Shown here: positions 31,757 through 47,500 of the stretch, piece after piece | How the letters are laid out: every line of letters starts with the position of its first letter | Position numbering within the stretch: the stretch's first letter is position 1 | From: Tubulanus polymorphus | Taxonomy: Eukaryota; Animalia; Nemertea | Direction of reading: 5' to 3' | Assembly: GCF_964204645.1 (NCBI RefSeq) | Contig: NC_134028.1 | Location: 26,036,345 to 26,100,344 of the forward strand | DNA: 64,000 bases | Notes under the pieces: generated by a model | The model's database searches: none | What the model saw: only the letters and a program-made list of their open reading frames with translations | What the model was told of the DNA's origin: nothing | Translations under genes and position numbers: made by a program

Positions 31757-34700
31757 ATGCCACCACCCAACGAGAACTCGCCTAAACGCTTTACTACTGC
31801 TGCGGCTAGCAGTGAGGCTGGCACGTACAGGTATAACAAGCAAGCCAGTCCGTCTGGTGGCTACGCTAACAAGTCCAGAATGGGCAACGGGGCCAGCGCC
31901 GCGCAGGTCGTAGTCGATGGCGAGACCTTCGATTTGGTTAAATTGAAGGTTCTGTTACCGGAATTGCGTCGGGAGTTAAAACACAAAGATCTACAAATCG
32001 AGGAATACGAAAACCAAATTCGAAACTTGGAGCGAAAAGTTATCGAACGCGACGCCGAAATCGAACGTCTGAAAGAGGAGGTCGATAAAGTGAAATCTGT
32101 TCTTCAAAAAACCGTTCATAAAGATGGCAAACCGGATATATTGGCGACGATTCACGAAGAGGCGGCTATGGCTGGTCAACAAGTCGCCGAAAACAGACTT
32201 AAAAAACAAGGTGTATCCGGTGAAAGCACGTTCTCGCAAGGACACGTGGAATTAACCCGATTCGATAAAGATTTCAGGTAAGGAAAACCATGATTTTTTC
32301 CCCAACGATTTCTAAATACATTAAATGACTCGACTGAACATCAACCGAACATCGCGTACGATTAAAATCAATTTCTCAAAACTTTCCGAAGAATATAACC
32401 GCAGGAAGTAAGTAGTATGAAGGTACAATATTATACAGTTACGATAGATTTTGACTCAATCAAATGACCAGAGACAATTAAGATTTATATCCACCCTGAT
32501 GAAGGGATTTGGTCATAGTCTCTGGAAATTCATAGACTTTAATCTCTTTGCTTAGGGTTCTATAGGGCTCGAGTAAATTAGAGACCATCTTCCTGGTGGC
32601 CACATTCGGTGTCCCGAATTTCAATTTTAATGTACCTCGAACGAATTCCGAATAAACCGTTACGATTTGATGATAAACATTCGACGATTCCTGATATTCA
32701 AACTCCTTACCGACAAAGTAAAATCGGAGGAGTATATTGAAAAGTTAGACTCAATATATATGATATCTTTTGTCGAACTTTTTACTATGATGTGAATACT
32801 GTTTTATCAGGCACTTTTTCACACTCGATTCATCAGTGTATTATATACACCTCTTCAGACTGTTGATAATAGATATGAAACGAATATCTGTTGAAATATT
32901 TCGGTAATGATCGAGTCGGGAGCTGTAAACAACTAACGCGTTTATTGAGAGAACTATCGAAATTGACGATGCCAATAAACAATTCTCAAATGCAGGGCTG
33001 TCAAAAAACGGCGGGAATTGCTACAATTAGATAGGAAAGTGTATTGGTTGAATTTGTCGTATACGATTGAATTGTATACGCGGTGTCGTTTTTAGATAAA
33101 ATAATCAGTCTGAATTTACTGGGGGTAAGCTATAGTGCCGATTAGCCTTGTCTAGAAAATTCATAACCAATACATGAATCTATCAATTTACTACATATCT
33201 TAATGAGAATATGTTTGTAGTTATTCGTAGTTGTTTAGAGACATGTCTCGTTGAATGTTCATGTTTCATGTATCTCATATACGGCAATTAACAAATTGAC
33301 ACTACACTCTATATATATATGCGATACCTAGTAACGGTTCCGACGTGCGCGTGCGCTGTGCTGGATATGTCGTGTAATTGATTATACCTGACGTCCAGTT
33401 GCTTATCAACAAGCGTCTGATTATTAATGGCCAGTTTTATATCTGTACGGCTTATCAGAGCCGGCAAAACTGCCATACAAATATCGAATCCTGTGTCGAC
33501 GCTTATCAGATGAATTAATAAGTTATGTACTTATCCGAAAGCTTAGTGGAGCGTTAGTGCCCGGATTAAAGGTTATAACCAGTATATCTGGCCTTAAATG
33601 ATGTATCATTTTCAGGCTGTAAACCTAGTGTAGTAGATCGGATTATCTGCTTGTCTCTCTAGAACCATTAGATTAAAGCGAACATTCAAAATGAAGTCAG
33701 AAATCAAGATTCCACCTGATGATGTTAACAAAAAACCCCACAATTTACTCTAAAATAGTTGATTCCAATAATTTCGGGTGGTTACGCACGTCACCAATGT
33801 TTTGAACGAAGGGTGACGGTAAATTTTCTAAGAAACGATAGTAGATTTACAATCTTCTGATTTTTTAAATGTTTATTACCACGTCACGGGTACTAGGATT
33901 TCAAAGATCCTCGTGACGATGGTTTTTTACACGCATAACAGCGAACGAAACATATACACACTTTTTAAAAGGGTAAATGTCCATTTTATTCATTTGATTG
34001 GTCGATTAATTTTGATCTGATTGGAATTGTGTGTCTCTTATACAAACGCACCACACACCAGCCGCGAATGCAACGTGCGTATGGTCCTAATAAACTTACC
34101 CGCTCACTTTTTATTTCAATCGTAGGATAACGCTTTGTTCTATGGAGAATAGCATTATACCATACGTGGTTATCATTAAAAATCAGATGCACGATAGTTT
34201 ATATATAAACACGTATTCTTATTAAAAAAGGTTTTCAATTTTGATGCGTCTAAGTGGAAATTATGACATGTCATGAATTTATCTGAGCTACCGCAGTATT
34301 GAAAGTGTACAGCGCGTACGCACGGAATGGATCTTAATTAAAAGCTTTTACGCATTAAAACGGTCGCATATTTCAAACAGATCAAATAAATGATAATCTC
34401 TCTATCCACTAGAGAGAACGAACTACAAGCACAGAAATAGAATATTCATCTTTTTTAGCATTTTTATTGCGAGCGGAAAGGCTCAAATTTTCGTAAACGT
34501 CGTGAACCCTGCTAACGATTACAAATTCAAATCCCACAAAAATCATTTGCATATATAGGAATTAACGATTTGCTGAATAAACAATTGCACTGCTTGTGAC
34601 TGATATTCTACATGTTGCAGAGTTGCGAAATAAGAAATATTCGCCATATACGTTTCGATATGTTTCAGTATAGTATTCAACTTGTTTCATTCAACGAATT

Positions 34701-35522
34701 ACCATCAGCAGCACATAGCATTCGTCTTAATATCTAATTGTCGCATTTTGAGACAATATGGAGTGGTTTACAATTAACGGCTTAAAGTTCGTCGGGTGTT
34801 AATCGATCTGCGTTTCGCTATAGAAGCCCCCACCTGTGCTCAACTCACTCCGGGAACCTGGCAAACTATGCGTCCAACATTCTTCCAATTCGATCGGTTA
34901 TTTCTAATCAGTGATCGTTCATTCGACGCGAGCTCGTCACCGGCTGATATCTGGATGTTCATCACGCTCACCGGGTGATGTCCCAGTTCACGTCATTCCC
35001 AGTCGTTCTGTATAAACACATATCGGCACCAGTTCCATTACAGTCGCTGTCACAAGACTTCACCTTATCGATACCACAGTGCACACGCCTGAGCTAAGTC
35101 AGGCGAAAATCTTCACATCTTGAGTCGTGTCTTATACGGATAGCTTCCCTTGCGACACGGTCCGTCAAATTTCCAATCAGTTTTCTGGTACTTTTTCATT
35201 TCTCGTCGGACATCTTGCCTCGAGTTGATGTGATAACCTATATGGATCTGTTTATGTCGGTGAACAATTCAAAGATGATGAGATATGATCACATATAGGA
35301 TGACGCAGAACACAGCAGCGCTAAGGGGGCGAGGAAAGTGCACCTATATTACCTATATAGAGAAAGAGAGAGAGAGAGAAATCGAACGTTGAATTCGTGT
35401 TGTTTAACTTTAGGCGAAATCAGTTTTGTCATTTGAATATATATACAGCTCATTCAGGAGTAATATATAGTTGGGTGGAGTTGTTACAGCTTCGTAAATA
35501 GACAACGAATGATGATGATAAC

Positions 35523-35572
<50 letters not shown>

Positions 35573-38500
35573 CCCCTTGTTTGAAATTGATTTCATATAA
35601 GTTCGTCATATTGTTTGCGAATGGATTCGATGAAAGTTGAAGTGAACTGATCGCGAGAAAATAAGAACGATCGAGTTTTGAATGATTGTTTTAAGTTCCG
35701 CGATACTGCATGCGTGTCGTATTTTGGAAATACCACTTGACAGATGACGCTTGAAATATAAAACACATGAAGCTAAACACGAAGATGGCGCGTGTTGTAA
35801 TGTCACGCATTATATCTCGAAACAGAGCATAATTCCAATACCGGTATCTAACTTACTCGCGTATTTGGACCTTTGAATTCGTGGATACGTCAAGTACACA
35901 AATTCAGACTTGTAAATGCAATCAAATTTCGACGATGTCGAAGTCAACGAATCCCAGATAGTTTGGATTTTTTGATACAGAGATTCTCACCATGAGCAAA
36001 TTGGGAACATGAAGACGGTTTCTAACCAATTATCACATGGATAAGAAATTGGGACGGCTTCTAACCAATGAGCGAATATATAAGAACTTGGAGACGGCTT
36101 CTGACCAATGATCACGTAGATAAAAACTTGGAGACGGCTTCTGACCAATGAGCGAATAGATAAGATCATCGCCTGATTGGTTGCCGATTGGTCGCGTTCA
36201 CAAACTTTTTAAGACTTAATTTCTCAAATTGTCAATGCTATAATTGAATTGATTATCGGTTTTACTCCTGTAGGATTCTCACAACCTAGTCCATTGCCTC
36301 CAGCTCGTCGACGAGTTCGCTTTTTTCTTCATTATCTTTCGAAACGCTTGCGGTGCGCATTCATTCGTAAATCGAATAAAAGCTGCATTAAATTGAAATT
36401 TTATAACGCTTATCTCGCCGCAAGATTCAATTTCTCCGAATACCACCCATTATGTGTTAGCGAGTTGTGTGACGAAAAAAAACACACCACTGCCTGTTGA
36501 AATATCGATCCCTCACTTGATGAAATAATCTTTTTATTTTCCGAAAGATTTAGGATTTTGCCAAATCGCGGAGTAACTTGTAACGTAATTCGAAAGTATA
36601 ATGGTAGATATCAGAATGGCCATAAGACTCCTAAAATGGTTTTAGATTCTTAAATCTAAGTGCACAAAACTGTTGTTTTCAGATTATATGAAGTTTGGAC
36701 AAACAACACATTTCATCAATTTGATGTACCAACTGATGCCAACGTCATTGTCAATACCATCAGCCAATGTGCCTTCTCGCGTGTATATAAGACGCTGTCC
36801 TTATAATTGCCGGTATAATCCTAATTATGTGTTGAGAACGACCGTGCGAAGCTATTTTTATATCGTATATGATGATAGTTATAGCAGAGATTGATTTATG
36901 ATGTAACGGACTGTATTACTATACGGATGGCTGTGTACTACACGAGTCTATAGTCTACAGAAGTCACGATCATTGCCATATGCCATTTTACGGCCCTTCT
37001 TATCCCAACGATCCGTTGACCTGTTACGCCACGCGATGTTTCATAAACCACAGAAGTCTTACTGCACCGCCGTCGTAAATCTTAATGCTCATTCGCCATG
37101 TGACAGCACTTCATCTAAGCTTTGACGCTTATCTTTTCTATTTTTGTAGGGTAATCATTGTCATAAAACTTCAAACCCCGATGACCCGTAGATCAGACGA
37201 AAGTTAATTGTATCAAAAGTTAACCGCACAAATTCGAGTGTGTAATCGTAAGGTTGTCTTCATCCTAAGCACTGGTCTTAAGTTGTTGGATTGTCTTTTG
37301 CACCGAACTGGTCCGATCTTCTTCTACGCATTGACCTTGGAAGAATAAAATTGAACATCATTTAGAATGACTGACGTCTGAAGGTCTTATCCAGTAATAG
37401 ATGAGCAACTCGACGACAGTTGAGAGGCAATAAGACATTGCTGTCTAATTTTCCCCGTTGACATTTTATTTTATCAACCAATGAACCCAAAATGTAATGA
37501 TTCATCACAATTTGATCTCCTGTCTAATCTAGTAGGTATTGTGAATATAAGTTTCTGCACGTTGTCATGGTTACTAAGTTTACTCCGCTAATTTTTCTCT
37601 GTTTCCCTATTTGACATAGATATTACTGAAACGCGTATTAAGGATATTTTCGTAGGCGTCTTTAGCCCATATTTCGACGGGTTTACTCGGAGCTCAGATC
37701 GGGTGGCGTTCCACCCACTTCATACTTAACTTTAGGATTAATTCGTCTGTCGTCTGTATTCGGCGCAGAACTAGAATTCTCGTGTCAACAAATATCGCCC
37801 TTATTATTAAGCAGGTACGAAACACGCCGTCAGTGTCGTAATGGTAATAAAAGATAAAAGATAAGATCTCACTAGAAACAAAACGGTTCCTAAAACTTTT
37901 CTTCTTCGGCTAGTTTCTTCTCTTCGCCTTATCGACTATATCCCCATAGTCATCTCCAAGAATACAGTTACAACAAAATTATGATGAAAAAAATATACAA
38001 TCCCGATTGGTAATGGGTATACAAGTTATATGATTAAAAACTCACTATCTAAAAAGTGATAAAGTGAATTGAAAAGTGAATTGAAAAGATAAAAGACGAT
38101 ATTTGCTGGATATTAAAAAAGTAAAATCAGAAAGCACGAGTTTCGGAATTTCTGTGAAGGAATAACTAAAGAGGAGGTTGAGATCGAGGATTCTGATTTG
38201 GTTATTAGCATGTTAGGCTCGACGCATGAAGTATGAAAGAGGATATTGATGAGAAGACAAAGAAAAAAATACATTATCATCGGGGGAGGGGAGGGGGTAT
38301 TTATATGATTCAATAGGACTCCTAATCACGATCGTCTTTTCGGGATGTTCGTTACTTGTTTTGCCTGATGACCTAACACGTCCCAGGGGTTGTTGATACC
38401 CGAGCGTTCAAACTGTTATCGATCAATCAGAAGAAGGGACAGTTAAACTGACATTTCCATAAATCTCTCGGCGATTCTCCGCTGTGTAGTAGAGATGTTA

Positions 38501-41500
38501 GAAAGAAGCCGAGGGAAGAAGCAAAGCCTCCCCGATAAACGTAATACGGGTCTCTCTTAACATCACTCGACGAATGTAAAACTGTACTCGGTGAAATTTA
38601 CGAACTCATTAAAGAACATCGGCTTAAAATGTAGCGGTATATTGTGCATTCCGACTGTCTTGCCAGTGTAAAGAACAAGTTACTAACAATACATCAGAAG
38701 ATCGCATTAATCATAGCTGATTTTAGCGATGAATACTTTTCACAAATGAGTTTTTTTTTCTATCATAATGGCGACTGTTTTTAGACGAGTCTTCTAGAAG
38801 ATCTCTATGATTATAGTGACCGAATCAACGGGACAAAAAACCGAACTATTTAATGTTCGAAAATCGCTTTGATATGGCAGCAACTTCTGTCCATTTTCAT
38901 CTGTCTTTTCTCATGAATCCCTTTTGCGAGAATGCTTGCTTCGAGCCTCAACTAATAATGCTACAAAGTCTTCTGTCTGTTGAAAGTAAAAAGAAAAGGC
39001 AGCTTCGAGTGATTTCTTAACATGAGAGACAACGTCAAAATGCAGTAAATTAATCGCATCATATGCAACAAAATCCGATATAGACTTCTGTATAGCTTGT
39101 CCATTTTCGTGGTACAGACTTTCGCTTTTTCGTCCAAGCGGATTAACATTTTATTTGCCTTCGAGCAGTGATGAATATTTTAACGTTAAGAAAACGATTA
39201 GCTTATCGATGAAACGGCGTCGCAATTCAGGAATTCAGCAGGAAATCGAGACCCAACACGTCGGGTTATAACCATTGGTGAAACTGATATGAGACATTGA
39301 AAATGTCTCATATTTTTGTTTCACTCAGTATTCCTGCTGATGACTATTTGGTTGAATCAATAAATTATTATCTCGAAGGAAACTTTTCGGACTTCATCTT
39401 TCTCGTTATTCATTAGTGTGGAAGATTCTCTATATAACGCCGGGTGTAGGCTACACATTCATAGTCTGCTCGCTTGGTTGTTCTTTTTTGTAGTAGTAGT
39501 GATTTACGTAAGAAATGATATACACGTCGCGTCCATATTGAAAGACAATACTCGACAAGATTTTCTGAACGACGCGGCTGACGCCCGAGTACTGAGTCAA
39601 TATTTGTATAGGCTTAATCGTGATTTCAGTTTCCTGTCTTGCGTCGCTAATAGACCAACATCTGAAGGGAAAAGCCATTTCATAACGTGATTAATGACAA
39701 TATCAAACAGTAGTAGGAGTTTCGAGTGTGTTCACGAACTGAAACTGTGTTCGCGAAAGTTTCATCGTCAACATCAACTATGAGAAAGTGTAAAACACTT
39801 TTGCAGCTGGGAAGAGGGAGCCTTCGACTTGGTCTCTCCGGGCAGGCGTGAGGTCGTCCCACATCCCTCAGGCGCGGATCCAGCTGGTTCCAACCGTATT
39901 GCCCAGTCTAGAATTCCGAGAAAGTGGTTTATATCCTTATTGATGATATGAGGAGCCCTCTAGTACTCTGAAATTGTCCTGCGATCTTTTCTAAATTTAA
40001 AAATTTGTCAAACCATATTTTGATGATTACGAAAATGGTTCTAATTTCCATAATCTTCATCATTCAGCAAATATTTTTATCGTAGCTGATTTAGAATCAT
40101 TCAAGTCTTCCCCCTATCACAACTTTGGTTTAGTCTAATCTGTAGCATTTCTTAGTTTCTGTTTTGTACGGTGCGGTAAAGCGAGTTTCTTCTCGTGATT
40201 TTCATTTACCTTATCTTCATTTACTCAATGAAAATGAACAGTTGTTTTTACTAAACTACGGAATTCGTAGGAAAACACATAGTAGGAATTCCTTAGCTAC
40301 ACCTGTCTCTCTTAAACAGGATTCTTCGCTACCTTTTTACAATGTTTACGACAAACAAAATGTAGTTGGTTTCCAGAATGTACTTGGTTTCCAGACGAGT
40401 CTTTTCCATAAAAGAGGTAACTCCACAATCAAAGAAAACTATACGGACAGAGCCAAGTGGAGGGTGAAGGGGTACTCAACCCCTGACAATGTCAAGTTGC
40501 CCTGAAATTTCAAAAAAGTTTAAATCAATTAGCTTGTTCTCTGTATTCTGTTTTCCAATAAGCATTCTCTCTGGGTTACCTTTTTAATATAAAATAATGA
40601 TACATTTATTTATTAATATATGTACAAGATTTGTATAAATGTTGCTCTAATGTTCAATGGTTATCCATTTAATTATATGATGTGCCATATTATTGGGGTG
40701 CACCCCTCCCCGGATCAGATCCTAGCCTGAAATACTGGTGCAACTCAACTTAACGTACATTTTCAAAACAGTTTTAAGACTACACGCTGTAGTGACTGTT
40801 GACGTCCGTGACTTTTTCCCTGTTTATCATTTTTTTCACCTTCACGTTTTGTTATCGTTCTTTATCGACGCGAAAATATTTCGGGCTCTATTGATATTAC
40901 AGTTTTAGACATGATCGATGGCCGTACATGGTTTTGCTTTTTACCGCAAGATTTCGTGTCTCGGGTCGCTTTTAAGGTAAACACAATCAATGCGTTGACA
41001 TTTAAGGAAATGTATATGGACTACAAAAACGAAGGGACTCTTTGCGCGGTTGATGAAGTCGTGTTCTATAACCCGCCTATACCATGCATCGTTACAAGAC
41101 AGTGACATCCTTATGTTTTCGGTAGCGTTTGTTTGCTCCTGTTGTTTCAGACGGTTATCCTAAACATCTTTTTCTTAGTCCTATAAAAAAGCGCGAAAGT
41201 GGGTCCTAGTCTAGATACGTGATTATAATTCATTCGATTCTATTCCTTTTGAAAATAATACATTACTGTCCATGGAATTAAGACCATTTGAACTCAAATC
41301 GACGGCATTTTACCCTGAGGCCGTGTTAACTTGGATGCAAATCAATAAACCTGACGACAAAAAGTTTAGTTTGAAGATAAACGAAATTTACTCAAAGTAC
41401 GAGCTTTTGTATCGTGGAGCTTCATCATCCACCTGATGAAGCTAGGATGCACTAGTAGTGAAACTATACTTATAAGTTAACCTTCAAACTACTATTTGTC

Positions 41501-44500
41501 TTATTGTTTACGTTGAAAATACAACGCAAAAACCTTTTCCTGTATCGAATGATACATAATGTAAAACATGTTACGGAATACAGAAAAACCCAAATGCTGG
41601 CAGCCGAAATTACAAGAATTGAAACGAATGAACGTTTCTGTAAAATGTAAAAAATAAGATCCTTCGTCGTTCATCCATTGATCTACAGCCGAAACCTTCA
41701 GTCATTTCTTCATTAAAGTCTCTATTTCTGACGAGATTCCAATTCACCGTGTGGGCCTTACATCGATTCTGCGACATTTAGCGACACATTATCTGCTTAA
41801 TCTAGTTGTCGCTTTTTTTCTGGTATCGAATTCGATTTTCTATATTTCTATAGGCGACGTTTCGTTAAATCTGCCGCGATTTTTATCGATTCACATTCGT
41901 TGTGTTACAGGTAACTTGATATTCGTATTCACTGCCGTCTGCGCGCAAGCACCGCCATCTTGTATAACCGATACCGCGAAAAGAATTTACGTGATTTTTC
42001 TAAATGAATTTACGTCAGTTACTTTGTGGCATTCCCGGCCAACTTGGCCGCGTTTATGCACGAAGCCTTTATTAAAATGTTTTTCGCGCCGAGTGTCGGA
42101 TTGATTTCCTGTTTTTTTCTGCATTAAGCACTTTACTGAGAGTTGATTAAAAAATCTTTTCGCTGAAAATCTCGCCGTTTTGCGGCTTCGAATTCCATTC
42201 TACAGTAACTGTTATTAAGGCTGCTATACGATTTCGATGTTGCTAATCTAAAGGGGTTTGTAACCTGTATCCAGCTCTGCAGCTTTAAGATGAAATTTGA
42301 TTCCAGAGATTTTGGAATTTAACTGGCTTAAACTTTATCGAGAACAAAGTTTTGTAATTGAACTAGTTTTAACTATTTAAGCTTTATTATCTAGGACGTC
42401 ACCTCATTTTAAACTCAAATCATCAAGATATCAATCAACTGATAGACTTTTAAATTTCATTTCGTTTTGTTTCTTTCAGATCAAAACAATTGATCAAGGA
42501 CGCCATACTCGATAATGACTTCTTAAAGAATCTGGATTCGAATCAAGTGCGTGAGATCGTCGATTGTATGTACGAAAAATGTATACAACCTGGTCATTTT
42601 ATCATCAAAGAAGGCGAGGCCGGGCAACATCTATATGTATCGGCAGGTAAGTCGCAGTTGGCCTCAGATTTACCCCTTTAATCCGCAATGATCGTAGGTC
42701 GCTGTCGCATTTATCATTTTATCATACACGGGCTTAATGTATCAGACAATCGGCTTGAAATCTAATGTTCAGCGAGAAAAGAACATAATGGAAAACCTGG
42801 AGCACATTTCATAGACATATCATCAGATGGCCATACACGATACGGATTATGAAATGTTTAAAATGATTCTATGAAACGCCCTGAACCCACAATTCCTCCG
42901 TTAATTATTCATTGATCACGAAATCAACTAACTCATAAATAAATCTCACTGGGTAAGGATTTATTTTCAGACACGCTTACGAACGTTGTACTTTTCAAGT
43001 ATCGACTTTCTGAACTATCAATACAGTATATTTAATAATGTACCCTACGTGTTAGCACACACGTATATACTGATGTATGTTGGTAACTGAATTACCTAGC
43101 CGTCTATACATCGGGAAGTTCAAAGCAAAAATAAGCATAACATACTTTCCCTTGCCAAATAATATAAGGCAGATTCAGGGGCGGATCCAGGAGTTAAGTT
43201 AGGGGGTGCACTAATAGAGTATAGGACCCACGATCCCAGGACAATGGATTTAAAAAAATGAAGCCCGCTGGATGCATTTTCGAAGCTTCTCGAAGTCATC
43301 AATACATCCATCTTACAAGCAAAAAACTGCAGAGATCAATTTTCAAATCTTATTCAGAACCAATTTTTTTTAAACAACATATTTAGATTAGCATGTGAAT
43401 ATAGTGATAAAAACAGCCTAAATCAATTATTCTAGAATTTTCGGTGTCCATCACTCTGTGTTCAAATAGTATTGAGCTCAGTGAGAACTCATGTTTTTCA
43501 AAAGAGAACAAAAAATATTTCAAGACATATCGCCCTTAAAAGGTTTTTTTTTCAGAGAATTGTAGGGGGTGGGGGCACGTCGCCCTAAATCCGCCATTGC
43601 TTCCAAGCGCTTTCAGCTAGAATTCGATAAGCGAAAATGAATAACCTTGACTGATAACCTGACCTTTCACGGAGGAAAGATTCCACGGCAGTTTTCAGTC
43701 TATAGCGGTTAAGCCGAAGCTTTGATTCTCCGTGGATGGGTTTTTTATTCGTTTGCCTGTAGGGATTTCTTGACACCAATTTGCATACCAATAATCTCTT
43801 TTGATCCGTGATATTAGATAGCAATATTCATGGATGCAAAACGACAACGGCGTCGACTGAGTAACGGAAATACACAGGAATCCCTGCAAACGCGTAGGAA
43901 GACAACGCGAGTACGGGCAACAAAAGATATAAAAGGAGTTATAGAGTTGATCTCCCTTCCGTGACTATGTTACAGTCCTGTAAAAAGCGATGGATTCGAC
44001 ATTGCTGGAAATTTCGTGCTGTTACTGGTAGAGTTAATACGTATTGTGTCTATTGGACTGAAATCAAGCAATTAAGTGAAAATTCTAAAACCGGACCTGG
44101 AAAATAGTGAACCCTTTTTATGCTATTCAAGTGTGTCCCCTGTAGACCCACCACACCTGCCTGGAACGGAACCCGAGGGCTGAGATTGTGAAATCGGAGT
44201 ACAGAATAACTACGAATTTACGGAATTTTTTTAATCACACGTTAACCAAAATGATCGATATTTTTGTACGGGAATTTGATGAGAATTCCTAAATTCTTCG
44301 AGTTACTTGTGAACTTCGTGGTTTTACGCTTATTTTCTTCCTACTAATTTCATCTTCAAATTCTTTAATTTATGGATCAAGACCTTCCAACTTTTTCCCT
44401 CCTAATCTTCGATCGCTTCGCTACACGTTTTGTTTCTAGTTCTCTGTTGACGGAAGAAGACACCAATGGTTGAATAATTAATCCATATTACGTGATTTGG

Positions 44501-47500
44501 GTTGGAATAAAGTGACGTAACTTACAAGGCTGATCCTCCTTGACGAATAACCTCACTGCACGTTCACCCCGAGCAAGGACTGTTTTTAGAACGCTAGATG
44601 GTTTTAGAGCCCATGCCCCGCAAGGCATTGATATTTCATTTCTTACTTGGGGCTGTTTTATGGATCGGTTTGTAGAAAAAGCTATGATTCAGGTCATGTG
44701 TCGGAAGAGTAAACACCACAGACTGCAAATAATCAATGACCTGTAGACAATGCAAATATTGATCTGAAGCAACCCCTTAAATTGAAAAGAAGCTCATTTA
44801 GATCGTGGTCCTTCTGTCGAAACATGGCTGAATCAAGATTGTTTAGGAAAACCTTGAATCCTTATATTGATGTTATTAGGAATATATCAAATTAGCTAGA
44901 ATCCCAATATCGAGATTTTTAGCAAAAACTTGAATCTCGACTTTGAAATGATTAAAAAAATTCGAAGCCTAACATTGAAATGATCAGCAAACCTTGAACC
45001 ACAACATTATCAAGATTTCATCTTTTTTGGAAACCGTAGAAAATCATAAAATTTTCTTGCGCTTTCGAAAAAATGTATCGTTATTTTAAGTAATTGAATT
45101 TTCTATAGCGCATTTTTCACTGACGTCCAACGTTCAAAGAGGTATCAAACACAATTGAATATTAATGGAATTTCACTGCAATTCCCTTATAAGGTTGAAT
45201 CTCCCTCCTCGTTTGTTGTATTTCGTGGAAACAAACTATATTTCGAATTGTTAAATTAATCCCGAAATCAATTCTGAGTCTGAGTTAAATGAATCGGCGT
45301 CAATGAAAGGTTCAAAAATATCATCAAAGAATTTTCATTGTTTCAAGTAGGGAATAAACCGACTCTTTGTCGGTTCTTTAAACAAAACCTGTATTTTATA
45401 ATCAAAGTAGAATTCATACCGCGGGCTAGAAACCACATTTACGCCCGATCGAGTACAAAGTTTCCACAGTTGCTCATCCACCTTTTCGCATCAGCCTCAT
45501 TTTGTGCTTCAATTTGCTTTTGATTCTGGCGATCATTTCTATAAATATCGAACGTCTGGCGCTGCTGAGATAACGCTTCAGGTGTTGGTGTTCTCCTTAT
45601 TCGGTCCATCATCGTCATCGACAGCTTTTAAATTCAATGGCAAAACTGCACACGCCTATAATGCATTATTAGCGCGTATAAATAAACTCGTGTACGTGCG
45701 AATAAAACAATACGTGTTAACGCTGCTGCTGCTGCTGCCGCTGCTGTTGCTGCTGCTGCCGCTGCCGCTGCTGCTAGTGGTGGTGGGGAAACTGATACGT
45801 CAGATCAGCGTGATATAAATCAGTATATAACATATAGATCCGAACAACAACGGTGTAAAGTTATACCTGGCTTTTTCCCAAGGTTATGATGGCCAGTATG
45901 ACCTTCAACCGGCAGTTGTTGTTGCCGTTAAAGTGCATCTGATTTCCTTCTATTTCATCTACGTCGAAAGTACGCCATCAAAGATGTTGATTAACAAATG
46001 GATATAAAGTTGTTTTTTTTAAACATGGTTTCTTATGGCCTTATCAAAAAATTCGTTTCCTGTGAAACAGTTACACAGATAAGGCTATGTGTCGAGACTA
46101 TTTTATAGACAATCTCCGCAACATAACACCATGATCTATCGATAAAAGAGCCCGTAAAATCGGGTCTTGAAGCTAGTTCTGGGACGAACCGCCATATTTG
46201 ACCAAGATGAGCCAGGATTTTTATCGTGATTCTGCGGTTATGCAGATGACGTCACGGCGCGTTATTGGAGGTCAAGTGAAAAGTCATGCAACTAAGCATA
46301 CGAACAAAACGCCTGTCCGCGCATAACACCTCGACCAGTTATATAAAATAGACAGAAATATGAAAATGAAAATCTAAGTAGTTTTTCCCATTATTTCTGC
46401 CTGGGTTCAGTTTTTCAAAAGATAGGTCAAGTTGATGGAAGAGGAGCAGCTAGATTAGTAAGAACAGGAGCAGGAACAGGAGGAACGTAAAGGAGAGATA
46501 GAATGAGATTTGTCTGAGGGGTTACTCAAAACCAACCTATGAGCAACTAGAGCTTGCGCTTGCATTTTTTTCTAATTAAATCGTAGCGCAATCTTGATAA
46601 AACAACTTTATAAGAAATATATTCCTGACGCCGTTTGGAAGGAGGTAAACACTCCTTCGTCGTATTCAGTAAATTAGTAGTTGCAGTAGAGTTGTTGTGG
46701 AGTTGATACACCTGTAGCTTATAATGCAACTCCACCAAACAAGCAATCACTTCTACAGCACAGGCTTTTAGAGCTACCAGATACTTCTAATAGCTTCCTC
46801 TTGTTGTAGTTGTCTATTCCCGTAATTAGTATAAATGCACCGTGCGCGTTTGATGGTCAGTCCAAGATTTGAGTGTTGTTAAGTGTTGCAACTCTCTGCT
46901 CGCAGTTTACCGCGTGTATTTCTGTCGACCTCTCGATGATACCAGCGGAAAGAATCCTGATGCAGAAAATACGAGTTACTGATACTCTCGCTTATCTGTG
47001 AAATACATAACCAAAAACAATGTGTAGAGCTGCAACTGTTCCCGATTTTCATCGCGAGAGATGATGATTTGGTTGATTTGAGAGATGATCATTTGGTTGA
47101 TGTTTACGGAAATGTGGAAGGTTTATGTAACATGAATGACTTAGAAAGGTTAATTTAAAAATGCTATGAATATTTCGGGTGATTCCTACCACCATCTTTT
47201 TCGATTAATTCTGGGATTTTACATTTATTCTTTCGTCGCGGATATTGTGATCTTATTGATTCACAATGTGAATGATGTTTCCGAAGGTCTTACATCGTTG
47301 ATTGCTTATTAATTTGAATAGTTTGTTTCTGATAGCATTTTTTAGAGTTTGGCTGCTCTAGAAATGTCACGTAGACTTAAAATCAAAGAGTTTATTCAGA
47401 CCACAACAGCTGTTTCCTAACAGTCAACGTTAGGTGAAATCAACCTGAATATCATGGCGTCGATAAGATCTTTAATTCAATCTTCAATTGCGGCATCTCG

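Noticed and set aside
45504-45818. Leu-rich, membrane-like ORF
   Set aside because: The hydrophobic stretch is the CTG/CCG repeat and there is no ATG start.
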